Notes under the pieces: generated by a model
What the model was told of the DNA's origin: nothing
The model's input: only the letters and a program-made list of their open reading frames with translations
Database searches by the model: none
Position numbers and translations under genes: made by a program
Source: a virus
Taxonomy: Duplodnaviria; Caudoviricetes
Virus record (IMG/VR): IMGVR_UViG_3300007770_000016
Coordinates: 1 to 55,594 of that record
Length of the DNA stretch: 55,594 nt
Strand: one strand, 5' to 3'
Part shown: positions 1 to 11,183 of the stretch, in pieces
Layout of the letters: the number at the start of each line of letters is the position of its first letter
Numbering within the stretch: position 1 is the first letter of the stretch

Positions 1-119
1 GATAATGGATAGTACGGGTTCAATATTAATGACGACTATTACGAGGATTCGTACCTATTTGGACGACCCCTCGCTAGATGCTAAATATGATAATGATTTT
101 CTGGTGAGACAAATCATTG
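1..119. repeat. Terminal direct repeat, copy 1 (identical to 55476-55594); circular-assembly overlap
   Basis: The first and last 119 nt are identical. The ORF ending at 55480 joins the ORF starting at 5 by a TAATG overlap across the junction. Confidence 0.97.
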
Positions 120-2698
120 AACCTGAAATGGTTAATGTCATCACTTCTCTAAATGCTACTAGAGAAGAACCCATACTATGTAAATTTTTATTAGATTCTC
201 TTATTACAAATAATGAACGTATAGAACTACCTCCTAACGTAGGAGTAATAGCACGAATTGCGAAGTTGAATACAGATGGAACTGTAGCAAACGATGTTGC
301 TCGTCGTGATGAGACCGACCCTCGGGGTCCCGGATGGCACCTCGACGGTCGGGATCTCAACATTCGACCCGATTGGGATGAATCAGGAACAGATGATGGT
401 TCAAGTTACAATGTTTGGTATATTCCATCTGGAGACTTTAACCCCCACTACTCTGCTGGTGGAGGGACATTAGCCACACTTAACACTGTAACGGTGGATA
501 CTACACCCGATGTTGGTGGTGTAGATAAAAGACAAAGTGCTTATATCGGTGGGGTTCTTAGGGTATGGAGCACAGACGATTCTATTGTAGAAGAACGAGT
601 CATAACCTCTTATGATGTTAGTGCTGGAACAGTGGGGGTTAGGACAGATTTCTCAAGTGATTTAACTAACGGTTCGGTTAGGTATGAAATAGTCCCCGAG
701 TTTATGGGTCATTTGTGGCAAGCAGTTGCTTTAGCTTCCTGTATGAATCTAGGAATTGCTAGAAACATTACCGAAAAACAAATGGTTTACTTAAAAGAGC
801 AATTTGGACTTGCACTACAAACCGCCACAAGACTAGCATCTACAAAAGTATCTGATAAAAGTATTGCTCCTGAAAACTCTGTGCTCTATACAATCCTAGA
901 AAGAATCCGTTGGGGGTTGCCCGATAAAATAGAAGGAGAAATGTCCAACGATTACATTATGAGATCGGTAGTAAACCCCAAACTAGCGGAAGTAATGTCT
1001 CTAGTAAACGGAAGAAGCGACTCTCCCATAATTATTAGTCAAGATATCACCTTCACTGCAGCTCAAGAGCACTACGTCTTACCTCCTTGTGTTTCTAAGT
1101 TATTAAGGATTTCACTGGTCAATTCTACTACAGGATTAATAACAAGCGAAGTTAGACAAAGAGACGAAAACGATCCGAACGGGAACGGTTGGATGGTTCA
1201 GGGTAATAGACTCTCTGTCCGACCAATACCTTCCACAGCATCCAACACTTATGGAGACACCACCACATCTGGTGGGTTAACAGGTTATAAAATCTGGTTC
1301 ATTCCTAGCGGAGACTTTATGCCTCACTACGCTAACGATGGAACAATAAACAACGCGGGGAAAACAGAACTTAAACTAACGAGTGGGGGGTTATTCTCTA
1401 GACAGTTAGGTATCGTAGATAAGAGATCTAATTCTTATGTTGGTGCTCAAATCAGAGTATTCGAGAGTGATGGTTCAATTTCAGAGAGAGTTATTACAGC
1501 ACATGATCCTACAGCAGAATCCTCACAAGGAACGATTACAGTTTCGGAAGCGTTTACATCGGCCAATACTACGGTTGTTTCTTATGAAATTGTTGCACCT
1601 TGGATGCACACAATAATGAGTTCGGTTGTGACTAGAAGTATATTGGAACTTGTTACTTTGAAAGCACAACTTCCCGAGTCTGATCTTGCGATTCTTTCTG
1701 AATCGGCTAAATCTTCTCTTACTTCTGCTATTGCTATGGTTAGGGAAAAGAACGCCCAGGAAATTGTTCCAAATAAAGATTCCGTGTTGCACATGATTCT
1801 TGAAAAAACCAAGACCATAATTGGAGATGTTGCAAGGGAATTGGATTATTCGGACGATTATATTTTTAGGCACGGTATCGTACCTGAGTATAGCAGAGTC
1901 ATGTCTAGGATTCAAAATACCTCAAGTGATTATATCATTTCAAAACATAATTTTACTCTTGTAAAAGACCAACAGTATTACCAGTTACCTGCATCCATCG
2001 GAGAAATTGTGAGGATAGTCTCTATGTATGATGACGGGAGGATTAAAAAAGAAATGCTTCCTCGTAGTCAGTATAGTGATAGAGGTCCAAATTGGTCTCT
2101 TGAGGGTAGCAGACTAGCAATACGACCTTATCCAACAGGAGTAGATACTGATACCTATGAAATTTGGTATATACCAACACACGACGCTAAACCTCATTAT
2201 GCAGAAGACGGTCTCTTAGCTGTATCAGGTAAAACTATTACTTTGTCTAAAACATCGGGTGGGTGGGCTTCTCAAATTTTAGGAGACATAGATAGGAGAG
2301 ATCAAATCTATGTGGGCTCTACAGTTAGAGTATTAGAGGCTGCTGGTATTATTGAAGAAAGAGTAATTACTGCTCATTCTCCAGAAGCCGAGACTGTAAC
2401 AGTTGATTTACAATTTAATGATGAGGAGTCTGTGGGTAAAGACATTATCTATGAAATTGTACCTACTCATTACGGTGCAGTAACAGAAGCAGTTGCTCAA
2501 GGTGCAGCAATGAATCTTCTTGTAGGGGCTAGAAAAGTAACAAAGGCACAACATGTAATGTTGTTGTCTAATTTTAAGTCTGCAATGAAAACCGCTATGG
2601 ATCATTTCACGTTCATGCAAAATCGTATTCCCAAAAAGTATGATAGAGACACAGTAGATAATAAAAACAGGCACGGTGGTCTGTATGGCATTAGGTAG
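5..2698 (+). CDS. Putative head-tail adaptor / tail ring protein built from three tandem ~295-aa repeats
   Basis: Three copies of W(Y/F)IP..D..PHY, D(K/R)R...Y(I/V)G...RV and ERVIT. Lies between the capsid and nozzle genes. Confidence 0.6.
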   Translation: MDSTGSILMTTITRIRTYLDDPSLDAKYDNDFLVRQIIEPEMVNVITSLNATREEPILCKFLLDSLITNNERIELPPNVGVIARIAKLNTDGTVANDVARRDETDPRGPGWHLDGRDLNIRPDWDESGTDDGSSYNVWYIPSGDFNPHYSAGGGTLATLNTVTVDTTPDVGGVDKRQSAYIGGVLRVWSTDDSIVEERVITSYDVSAGTVGVRTDFSSDLTNGSVRYEIVPEFMGHLWQAVALASCMNLGIARNITEKQMVYLKEQFGLALQTATRLASTKVSDKSIAPENSVLYTILERIRWGLPDKIEGEMSNDYIMRSVVNPKLAEVMSLVNGRSDSPIIISQDITFTAAQEHYVLPPCVSKLLRISLVNSTTGLITSEVRQRDENDPNGNGWMVQGNRLSVRPIPSTASNTYGDTTTSGGLTGYKIWFIPSGDFMPHYANDGTINNAGKTELKLTSGGLFSRQLGIVDKRSNSYVGAQIRVFESDGSISERVITAHDPTAESSQGTITVSEAFTSANTTVVSYEIVAPWMHTIMSSVVTRSILELVTLKAQLPESDLAILSESAKSSLTSAIAMVREKNAQEIVPNKDSVLHMILEKTKTIIGDVARELDYSDDYIFRHGIVPEYSRVMSRIQNTSSDYIISKHNFTLVKDQQYYQLPASIGEIVRIVSMYDDGRIKKEMLPRSQYSDRGPNWSLEGSRLAIRPYPTGVDTDTYEIWYIPTHDAKPHYAEDGLLAVSGKTITLSKTSGGWASQILGDIDRRDQIYVGSTVRVLEAAGIIEERVITAHSPEAETVTVDLQFNDEESVGKDIIYEIVPTHYGAVTEAVAQGAAMNLLVGARKVTKAQHVMLLSNFKSAMKTAMDHFTFMQNRIPKKYDRDTVDNKNRHGGLYGIR

Positions 2699-3314
2699 TA
2701 CACTTCCTGATTTAGGTTCACAACTTAAAGATTTCTTAGCATCAATCGGAGTAGATCACACGTGGTCTTCTCGTATGCAGGGAGACTACTTTCGGGGGTT
2801 TGCTGGAGAAACAATCTGGCCGGGTTGGATAGAGTTAAAAACTTCTGATCCTCCAATTGGGATCAGTTACCCCAACCACGCCTTCCCCTCACAAATAAAT
2901 AATGTAGTCACAAATGAATTTGCAGGTGCCATTACTAATATATTTAATCTTCCTCCTATTCCCAATCAACCGGGTCCAATTGGACCAAAGGGAGACACGG
3001 GTGAAACGGGTCCAGTTGGACCCATTGGCACCGTAGGTCCAGCCGGTGATACGGGTCCAACTGGATCAACGGGTCCCGCAGGTTCAAGAGGCTCTGCTGG
3101 TAAGCGTGGCCCGGTCGGTCCTACGGGTTCTACTGGTCCAATAGGTCCTGTAGGAAGCACCGGACCAACAGGTTCGACTGGTCCTACAGGCTCGACCGGT
3201 CCGACTGGAAGTACTGGTCCTACAGGAAGTACAGGTCCTCAAGGTTCGACCGGTCCACGAGGATCAACCGGTCCCGCTGGAACTCCCCCCTATTGTTCTG
3301 GAATTATTTCATGA
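2685..3314 (+). CDS. Collagen-like (Gly-X-Y) fibre protein A
   Basis: Long [10 protein letters not shown] repeats; the ATG at 2685 overlaps the end of the upstream gene. Confidence 0.8.
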   Translation: MALGSTLPDLGSQLKDFLASIGVDHTWSSRMQGDYFRGFAGETIWPGWIELKTSDPPIGISYPNHAFPSQINNVVTNEFAGAITNIFNLPPIPNQPGPIGPKGDTGETGPVGPIGTVGPAGDTGPTGSTGPAGSRGSAGKRGPVGPTGSTGPIGPVGSTGPTGSTGPTGSTGPTGSTGPTGSTGPQGSTGPRGSTGPAGTPPYCSGIIS

Positions 3315-5743
3315 CCTCATTATGGTCTAGAGCAGCATATAATATCTCCTTATCTCCAGATGAATTAGAAAGGAGAGAACGAGGATTTTTAATAGGTAAA
3401 GAAACCTCTCTTTCTCCTATGATTGGCATGGCAGGAATTCCATTCTATAGATCCCAACAACCAGCAGCGATAGCAACTCCAATTATGGAAACGAGGATAG
3501 AGAACCTATTTCCTTCAGATGAAGATATGCCTCCTCCCAACATCTACGGTGATCCCAATAAAATTTCTCCTACGGGTTTCACAGGACCAACCGGACCTAA
3601 AGGTTATGATGGGCCTATAGGACCTCAAGGTGGAATTCTCGGTGTAGGATCGACCGGCCCAGTCGGACCAAGAGGAGACATAGGAGATTCTGGTGTAGAG
3701 GTTGGTCCGGATGGTATTACAGGACAAATAGGCCCCACAGGTAACATCGGACCTGTTGGATCAACAGGAAATACAGGCCCAAGACGTACTGGTCCTAAGG
3801 GGGATACAGGACCAAGAGAAACGGGTCCAAGGAGAACAGGCCCGGTAGGATCAACAGGTCCCCGAGGCGATATAGGAACTTCCGGTCCCCCAGAAGATGC
3901 CACATGTAATTGTTGTATAGAGGCCAGCGATTCACCCGGATCAGATGTGTGGGTTTCTTTCCCAGACCCTACATATCCAACAGCACCCGGATTTCATGTA
4001 TCGGGTAAGAGTTGGGGTTATATGCTCTACTATACCCACACAGACGGAAAAAATTATTATCTAGATGGTGGTTATATTCCAGACAATGGGAGTGGGGGTG
4101 GAATGCTGGCAGACAATATAGCCACAGATTTTACTACGTCAGAGTGTGAGACAATGGGTGCCTACCAAAAAGGTATTGGACTCTGGCTAACATCTAACCG
4201 ACTAGACGGGTTTGGGATTTGTGGGTGTACCACATGTGATACTAATAGAATCTCAGCACTTGCACTTTTAAATCCTACCGACCACACTCAAGCCCACACA
4301 GCACTTACAAAAACAGAAAATTCTCAGGGTAGATTTATAGTTGGAGAATCTAGGGGTTGGGCAGGATGGGACTCAGACGGATACACTAACTATTGCAGTT
4401 GTGAAGAATGTAGTGGTGGTGATTGTTATTGGAGTTGTGTAGGACAACCCGCTTGTGAAACAGACTTTGTACATGATTGTGATTGTAATTGTATCCCGAA
4501 AGATATGATTGTTCCTTTACTAGGTGACGGAACTTGCCACGACGGAACAATACCCGTCGTTTATGGAGGAGAAACATATACTCCAAACCTCAAATGTTCT
4601 AACTGGAATTGTGATTCTCCCTACGACAACATAAACTCCTCCGATTTTGATTGTCCTGATTGTTATGGTGGATGTTGTGATGACGAAGAAGGAAATCACG
4701 TATGGCCCATATTCATGCGTGGTGGAGCCGGGAAGGAAAAAGATGGAACAATAATGGTAAGACCGGGAAGTACTTTTTGCTCCTGTAATAATAATTGGTG
4801 TTGGAGCAGAGGTAAACGGCAATCAGAAGCAAAGAGTGAGGGGTATTGGGAATCCGAAAATTATAGATATATGGACAACCTAGATCATTACTTTTCACCT
4901 CTTGAAGGTGACACAATCGTACTTCCCGCAAACGTTGGTTGGTTAAAAAGAACCGACAACGACATACTAGGTGTACTAACAGAAGGAGAATACACTTCAG
5001 AGGATTATGGAGTGGGAGGTGCATTCATCTTTGACGACTTCTCATTCTCAGGTGCCGGTTGTCCTGGCACTTCTAGGGATGCTTCTTCGGGGACAAGTAG
5101 AAAACCCTTCCCTCACTTAGTCATGAACGGAAACAAAATTTGTAAAAAAGCAAAGGACGCATTAAACACATTAGGAATTACTCCTCCAGTAGATTCAAAA
5201 ATTAAAGTGATGGTGTTAAGTTTATGGACAGTTATTAAACCCATTAGTGACGGTGCTTGGTGGGAAGTACCCGCAGGTTGGGAGACTGAAGCATTGGGTA
5301 CTGGGGGAGGCTCAGACGCAGCGTGGCACACTAGAACAGAACACGTTAACTCTCAATTACAGATGGAAGTAGACATGTCATTAGATAACGCAGGAGATAA
5401 CTCTGCACCTTGGAATGCCGTTGCGGGTGGTGATCGGGGTGTAGGTGAAACCGAGATATTTAATATTTGGCATTGGTTAGATGGAAGAAACTTAATTTCC
5501 GCTCCGATTGGTTATACCGATGGGGATTGGCATCCTCACTATTGCTATGGTGTCAGTGATGCAGGAGGTCTACCCACCAGACTTTGTTCCTCTCGTATGG
5601 AAGATAGATTCGAAGCCTTTTTCGAAGGCTACAAAGGCCCAAACGATAGTGTTCAAGTTTGGGATTTGAAATCAAATGCTGAGTCAAACTTCCAATACGT
5701 TACTGTTACGGACTATACTATAGATTCATGCTGTATAGAATAA
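3311..5743 (+). CDS. Collagen-like fibre protein B with Cys-rich C-terminal region (probable fibre/receptor-binding protein)
   Basis: Gly-X-Y run of about 100 aa followed by many CxC/CC/CxxC motifs; ATGA coupling at 3311-3314. Confidence 0.75.
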   Translation: MTSLWSRAAYNISLSPDELERRERGFLIGKETSLSPMIGMAGIPFYRSQQPAAIATPIMETRIENLFPSDEDMPPPNIYGDPNKISPTGFTGPTGPKGYDGPIGPQGGILGVGSTGPVGPRGDIGDSGVEVGPDGITGQIGPTGNIGPVGSTGNTGPRRTGPKGDTGPRETGPRRTGPVGSTGPRGDIGTSGPPEDATCNCCIEASDSPGSDVWVSFPDPTYPTAPGFHVSGKSWGYMLYYTHTDGKNYYLDGGYIPDNGSGGGMLADNIATDFTTSECETMGAYQKGIGLWLTSNRLDGFGICGCTTCDTNRISALALLNPTDHTQAHTALTKTENSQGRFIVGESRGWAGWDSDGYTNYCSCEECSGGDCYWSCVGQPACETDFVHDCDCNCIPKDMIVPLLGDGTCHDGTIPVVYGGETYTPNLKCSNWNCDSPYDNINSSDFDCPDCYGGCCDDEEGNHVWPIFMRGGAGKEKDGTIMVRPGSTFCSCNNNWCWSRGKRQSEAKSEGYWESENYRYMDNLDHYFSPLEGDTIVLPANVGWLKRTDNDILGVLTEGEYTSEDYGVGGAFIFDDFSFSGAGCPGTSRDASSGTSRKPFPHLVMNGNKICKKAKDALNTLGITPPVDSKIKVMVLSLWTVIKPISDGAWWEVPAGWETEALGTGGGSDAAWHTRTEHVNSQLQMEVDMSLDNAGDNSAPWNAVAGGDRGVGETEIFNIWHWLDGRNLISAPIGYTDGDWHPHYCYGVSDAGGLPTRLCSSRMEDRFEAFFEGYKGPNDSVQVWDLKSNAESNFQYVTVTDYTIDSCCIE

Positions 5744-5752
5744 GGAAATAAT

Positions 5753-6823
5753 ATGTCAATACATCAAGCACAGAAGAACGAGTTTCCCATTAAAAGGGAT
5801 CCTTCCCTACCACCACCCCCACAGAACCCGTACGAAACCGTAGCAATCCAAAGAGTTGTAGATTTAGAATTAAAATTCGAAGAACGCCTAAGAGAGATTA
5901 ACGGCACTCTTTTAGCTCTCGCCACCCACATCGAAAGTTTATCAACCCCCACTCAATCTAAGGTTTCACGGGAAGTAAGGAGGGTGTGGACCCCCGAGAA
6001 ATCCGATATGTTGTTGTGGAAGACAGATAAAGTGGGGGTTTCTTGGGATAACCACTATAAGGGAAGCAAGATATTTCTCGTGTGCGGAGGCCCCTCACTT
6101 AGCGACACTGATTTGTCGCTAATGGATAACCGTGGTGTAATGAGTATGTGTATGAATAATTCATGGTGTATGGTTAAGCCCGATATATGGATAGGATTTG
6201 ATTCTCCGGGAAGATTCCATAATGGGGGGTGGGAAGATCCTTCTATTATGAAAATAGTTCCGTGGCAAAGAAGAGAGGAAAAACTAACTCATAGAGTAAA
6301 CGGGGAATTACAACCTTCAGATTTGACCCCTTTAGATATGCCTAACTGTTGGATGCTCTCAAATAATACGACCTTTAATCCGGATACGTGGTTCACCGAA
6401 AAGTCTGCGAATTGGGGGGGTCCTATAGAAGGGGTAGAACCCGAGGGGGGATTCCGTGTAACTATGTTTGGGGCGTTAAGAACTCTTTATTATTTAGGGT
6501 TCCAAGAGGTTTACCTTTTAGGGTGTGACTGGGAGATGCCTACAGATATGAGTAAAGAAGCTTATGCGTGGGAAGAAAACAGAGCCCAGTCTGTAAGAGA
6601 AAAGAATAATGATATGTATCGGTGGTTAGAGGGAGGACTTAAAAAACTTCTACCGGGATTTGAGAGAGCAAATTTCCAAATCTACAACTGCAATCGAAAC
6701 TCTAAACTTTCTCTGTTCCCTTTTATTCAATACGAGGATGCAATAGAAAGATGTTCTATTCCTACACCTACTAACACTCGTGGTTGGTATGATATTCCTA
6801 ACAATAGGGACACTGAAAAATGA
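5753..6823 (+). CDS. Glycosyltransferase-like protein (Maf/DUF115, CstII-like fold) with N-terminal coiled coil
   Basis: Motifs IFLVCGGPSL and GFQEVYLLGCDW resemble GNGPSL and GYKEIYLSGIDF of CstII/Maf proteins; SD AAGGA. Confidence 0.65.
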   Translation: MSIHQAQKNEFPIKRDPSLPPPPQNPYETVAIQRVVDLELKFEERLREINGTLLALATHIESLSTPTQSKVSREVRRVWTPEKSDMLLWKTDKVGVSWDNHYKGSKIFLVCGGPSLSDTDLSLMDNRGVMSMCMNNSWCMVKPDIWIGFDSPGRFHNGGWEDPSIMKIVPWQRREEKLTHRVNGELQPSDLTPLDMPNCWMLSNNTTFNPDTWFTEKSANWGGPIEGVEPEGGFRVTMFGALRTLYYLGFQEVYLLGCDWEMPTDMSKEAYAWEENRAQSVREKNNDMYRWLEGGLKKLLPGFERANFQIYNCNRNSKLSLFPFIQYEDAIERCSIPTPTNTRGWYDIPNNRDTEK

Positions 6824-7410
6824 AACCTTTAATAGTTTCATTTCATACAGGAGAGGATCGGTACGTAAAGGGGGCAGAAAGAATGCGTTCTTCAGCAGAA
6901 AAGTTTGGGTATGAAGTGCACATAGAAGAGATTGAAAGTGAACTTAACTGGACTAGGGCGTGTTGCCTTAAACCCTCCTTTATGTTATCCGTAATGGACA
7001 AATTAGGACCTCGACCCTATCTATGGGTAGATTGTGATGGGGAGATTATTTCACCCCTAAGTCACCTTGAAAACCCCCGCTTTAATTTTGCTGTTCCTTG
7101 GGATCCTCACCTTCGATTTACCTCCTTTTCTTCTGGTACCACCTATTTCGATCTGCGGGATGAAAGAGCATTAAACCTTATGAGAGAGTGGGGGGTTGAA
7201 TGTGATAAGGTGATTAGAGGAGATGCACCTGAAGAATGGGATCAAAGGGTTTTATTTAGGGTTTGGAATAACATGGAAAGAATTCCTATAACAAAAGTAT
7301 TGGGGCAGGGTTATGTTAAAATCTTTGATAGAGGTTGGAGAGAAGGGGCTACTAGAGTAGAATATGTAAGACATCATCAATTTTCTAGGCAAATTAGGAA
7401 AATTAAATAA
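6820..7410 (+). CDS. GT-A fold nucleotide-diphospho-sugar transferase
   Basis: LKPSF, DxD motif (LWVDCD), SSGT and WDQ motifs. Confidence 0.7.
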   Translation: MKPLIVSFHTGEDRYVKGAERMRSSAEKFGYEVHIEEIESELNWTRACCLKPSFMLSVMDKLGPRPYLWVDCDGEIISPLSHLENPRFNFAVPWDPHLRFTSFSSGTTYFDLRDERALNLMREWGVECDKVIRGDAPEEWDQRVLFRVWNNMERIPITKVLGQGYVKIFDRGWREGATRVEYVRHHQFSRQIRKIK

Positions 7411-10400
7411 TGAACGAACGAAAGATTAAGTGGAATTATAACCTTGTAGGGACTTCCGAAGATAAATCAGGTACACGTACCTCTACACCTAGCAAGTCTT
7501 CCTACGAGGTGGTGGGTGTAGATATGTCTGTTAGGGGAGGCATTAGACCTTTTCCGGGATTTAAAAAAGTACATACTTTTACTTCTTTAAGAACGGAAAC
7601 TAACCATTCTTCTGCGTCCGAGGTTATAGATGTCTTCCCAATATCTTTTAGGGTAGGAACGGATCAATTTGGATATGGATTTGTTTATAGAGCAAAAAGA
7701 CCTGGGGATACTTCTGTATCAGATATTTATATGGACTATCGTATAGAAGGTAAAGATTCTGGTGCTTGGACCACAGGAGAAGATATTAAATTGGGGGTTG
7801 CTACCTCTGCACCCATGGATGTAGTTGTCTTTGGTAGATATGTCTACGTACTTGTAAAGGGAGAAGAACCTATTTTATTCTATGTGGGATATGGAGTATC
7901 TGCTGCTGCTGCTGGTTCTGTAACGATAGAGGCTTTTGGGAGTATCACAAAAGGTACACCCTCGACAGCTGATTTGGTAGTTGTTGATTACACTGCAATT
8001 GATACCGCAACACCAGATAATTTTAAGTTGAATCCTACAGATGGATCTGGGGTAATGACTTTTGAGGCTTCCGCTACAACTACAGACGCTACACATTTTA
8101 AAGTAGAACTCTCTAACGCCCAAACCGTAACAAACATTAGAACTATGCTACAACTAGCGGGGAATGAAAAATTTAATGCTGGACTACCCTCAGGATCAAC
8201 TATAACTATTTCCCAAAATGTTGGGGGTACTGCGGGAGATAAAGCAAATTCGACCACCTGTGCAGCGGGAATACTTACAATTGCAAACTTCACAGGGGGA
8301 GCCGGTACTGCAGATAGTATAGTACTTAAAAATACTGTTGGGCAATCTCGTATTATTCACGCGGGAACTGAAAATGAAAATTTCTCAACGAATAGTGTCA
8401 CGGATTATGCTGCCTTCAAACCCGAAACCGATAATCCCACAACCGCTACTAATCTCGCAACTGTTGTAAATGCACACACTAACTTTACAGCTTCAGAGGG
8501 ACAAAACTCTGTAAATATTAGTCAAGCCACAACTTCTATAAACGGTAATCAAGTTATAGGTTTAAATCTCACAGTTTCTACGTGTATAACCAAAGTAGAT
8601 TTTGAGGGAGGGGCAGGTGCGGGGTACGGAACTGATTACTTAAGAGTCATAGAAACCGATACTGGTCCCGGTTTACAACCCCCACTAATATCCCCTAATG
8701 ATACGGATGTAACCACTGTTGGTGCTTTAGATGTGTCCTCTGCTAGTTACCCATCAAATGCACAGGTGTTTACTGCTCAAACCGTAGGAAGTCACTGGTA
8801 TGCAACACCTGAAGATATGGACAATGTTGCGGATTTAGATAGTGGTGGTTATGGTGTTGCCTATTATCTAGAGGATCCCGATACAGGTAGAAAGACTAGT
8901 CTGTCTAAAGTTGCTATGGTTAAACCAGAAAATCTTGTGGAGAAAGCAACGGGCTCTATTACTTGTTTAGATAATGCCGAACAAAACTATGATGGGAAAA
9001 CTATCACTATTAAAGACCATGTGGATTATCCAGATAAAGGTAAACAGGTTGTATTTACTATAGATAGTGACACCTCGGGCACTGCTGTTAAAGTTTCTGA
9101 TACTTCATACACGATTAAGATTGATGGTGCTGCGGATAAAGAAGCAGTTGCTGCTCTTGTGCACGCAGGTATTGATCTTGCACACACCAATAACGATTTA
9201 AATATAACCCCCACTTATACAGCATCTACCGATGTTATTAACTTAACACACGATAAAGGTACTTTAGATGGTAATGCGACCATAAGTACGAGTGGGGGTG
9301 CTGTGTTTACAGTTGTAGGTATGACGGGTGCTGAAAATTTCGATCCGGGATATATTGGCCTTGAAATTGTTTATGACTCTACTAAATTTACAAAGGCTCG
9401 TATATTTAGATCGGTTAAACTTGAAGACGCTGGGGGTTCTTATGTAGCATCTGTAGTTCAACTAGATAAAATTATTACCCTTCAAGATTATTGGACTACA
9501 AATCAAGACGACCCAAGTACCGGGCTTCCTTTTGAAGATACAGCGGATGCCTTCGAAGATTATCGAAGGGCTATTTATTACTTTAGACTTTCGGATCTTG
9601 CTTTAATTTATCAAGATCCTTATGTAGATAGATCTATCTTTGATGAAAACATGTCAAAGGCTGGAACCGGAATTGAATTTGACGGAATACTTATTACTTC
9701 AAATTCATCTGGGGATTCAGGTTCTTCTCAATCAGATGGAGATAGTTCTACCGATAGGTTTAGGGGGGTAGGAGAGTTTCGTTGGTCTTCAATGGCTGAG
9801 TCTTCCCCAGAATTATTTCCACCCGAGAATTACTTTGTCCCTTCTAAAGTCTCTAATCATGTAGTTACATTTGAACGAAGTGCCGGAGCAGTTTTAGGAT
9901 TTGCAGAAAATATTATTATGCATATCTCCCGAGAGTTTACAGGTAATATCTCTTACATGAAAATCCTTCCTGTTCATGAAGGATATGGGATTGTAAATAA
10001 GAGAGCAACCGAGAGCGTTGGGCCCTTTACTTACTATATTAATAATAAAGGAATGAAATCTATAGATGCTCAGGGCAGACTAGATAGTTTACATGCTATA
10101 GATAAATTAGTGGAAGAGTGGGGGTCTGAGTATGGTTCACTTAGTATGGGGTACGACTCAGAATCTTCGGTGTTGTTTATTTTAAATTCGGCTCAGAAGA
10201 AAGCTGCGTGTATGTGGTTCAGTACTTCTTCGGTGTCTGAATTACATGATCTTCCTTTTGATTTAGTTAAGACAGGGGAGTGGCCTTCGGATTTAAATGA
10301 CCAAAATAGCGATTTAACGCAGAGAGCATTCTTCTTACAAAACGCTCCTAACCTTTCAGATACTCCTGCCCACTGGAGCCCTTGTGTTTGGATAGCAGAC

Positions 10401-11183
10401 TCTAAAAGGGAGGACACCATTACAGGGTCAGCTGTGGGATCGTGGAACGGGAAAACCAGAACAACACTTTTACATTTTGATAAAGACACGAGGTTTAGAA
10501 TCTCCGCAGTAGCAGGCTCTACTTTCACGATTGATCCCTCTACTTCAGGTCATGAATCAGTTGCTCCTGTATTTGATACGGGAGCTCTTTCTTGGATTGG
10601 GGCTTATGTTTATTGTATCTCCTCAACTAAAGAAAGTAATATAGGAAAGAAATGTCAAATCGTTAATCATTCAGGTACCCCCGTTGTTGTTACTTACCAA
10701 AACTTAGATTCGGGTTGGACTCCCGCAGTAGGAGATAGAATTGCAATTTCTCCTGTATATGTGAAGTGGGGAGGCTCGTTGCTTGGATATAATGATCCAA
10801 TGGATCCACAAAACCCCACTCCTAGTGGGATGCATATAGTAAGAAAGGCATCTGCATTCTCTTGTTATTTTAGTGATGTATCTGGTGCTCCCACTACTGA
10901 TACTGTAAATGAAGAGGATTTGTTTTATAAAGCATCTGTATACGAAGGGGATTCTACAACAGCACTATCTACTGGTATCCCTAAGAATTTAAGTGGGAAT
11001 ATTGTTACTTCTATTCTTGAGGGAGAATCTACTAATTGGGCATCTATGGATACTCATGGGGTCAGGGGTATAGCACTCGCTCCTGCTCTAGAAGTATTTT
11101 GCCCCGACCTTGATTTTAGACTTTTGTCGGTTATCATTGAAGGAATGATTCTACCTACTCTTAGAACTGAAAGGGCTACTTAA
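7410..11183 (+). CDS. Putative tail nozzle / tubular protein B-like with inserted beta-rich repeat domains
   Basis: 1257 aa, propeller-like segments (FRWSS...PELFP, GYGIVN), position just before the internal virion proteins. Confidence 0.55.
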   Translation: MNERKIKWNYNLVGTSEDKSGTRTSTPSKSSYEVVGVDMSVRGGIRPFPGFKKVHTFTSLRTETNHSSASEVIDVFPISFRVGTDQFGYGFVYRAKRPGDTSVSDIYMDYRIEGKDSGAWTTGEDIKLGVATSAPMDVVVFGRYVYVLVKGEEPILFYVGYGVSAAAAGSVTIEAFGSITKGTPSTADLVVVDYTAIDTATPDNFKLNPTDGSGVMTFEASATTTDATHFKVELSNAQTVTNIRTMLQLAGNEKFNAGLPSGSTITISQNVGGTAGDKANSTTCAAGILTIANFTGGAGTADSIVLKNTVGQSRIIHAGTENENFSTNSVTDYAAFKPETDNPTTATNLATVVNAHTNFTASEGQNSVNISQATTSINGNQVIGLNLTVSTCITKVDFEGGAGAGYGTDYLRVIETDTGPGLQPPLISPNDTDVTTVGALDVSSASYPSNAQVFTAQTVGSHWYATPEDMDNVADLDSGGYGVAYYLEDPDTGRKTSLSKVAMVKPENLVEKATGSITCLDNAEQNYDGKTITIKDHVDYPDKGKQVVFTIDSDTSGTAVKVSDTSYTIKIDGAADKEAVAALVHAGIDLAHTNNDLNITPTYTASTDVINLTHDKGTLDGNATISTSGGAVFTVVGMTGAENFDPGYIGLEIVYDSTKFTKARIFRSVKLEDAGGSYVASVVQLDKIITLQDYWTTNQDDPSTGLPFEDTADAFEDYRRAIYYFRLSDLALIYQDPYVDRSIFDENMSKAGTGIEFDGILITSNSSGDSGSSQSDGDSSTDRFRGVGEFRWSSMAESSPELFPPENYFVPSKVSNHVVTFERSAGAVLGFAENIIMHISREFTGNISYMKILPVHEGYGIVNKRATESVGPFTYYINNKGMKSIDAQGRLDSLHAIDKLVEEWGSEYGSLSMGYDSESSVLFILNSAQKKAACMWFSTSSVSELHDLPFDLVKTGEWPSDLNDQNSDLTQRAFFLQNAPNLSDTPAHWSPCVWIADSKREDTITGSAVGSWNGKTRTTLLHFDKDTRFRISAVAGSTFTIDPSTSGHESVAPVFDTGALSWIGAYVYCISSTKESNIGKKCQIVNHSGTPVVVTYQNLDSGWTPAVGDRIAISPVYVKWGGSLLGYNDPMDPQNPTPSGMHIVRKASAFSCYFSDVSGAPTTDTVNEEDLFYKASVYEGDSTTALSTGIPKNLSGNIVTSILEGESTNWASMDTHGVRGIALAPALEVFCPDLDFRLLSVIIEGMILPTLRTERAT

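Noticed and set aside
2976-3285. 18-nt periodic repeats as a CRISPR or satellite array
   Set aside because: They encode GPTGST collagen triplets with synonymous variation and have no spacers.
2966-3903. Minus-strand Gly/Pro-rich ORFs
   Set aside because: Antisense shadows of the collagen repeats.
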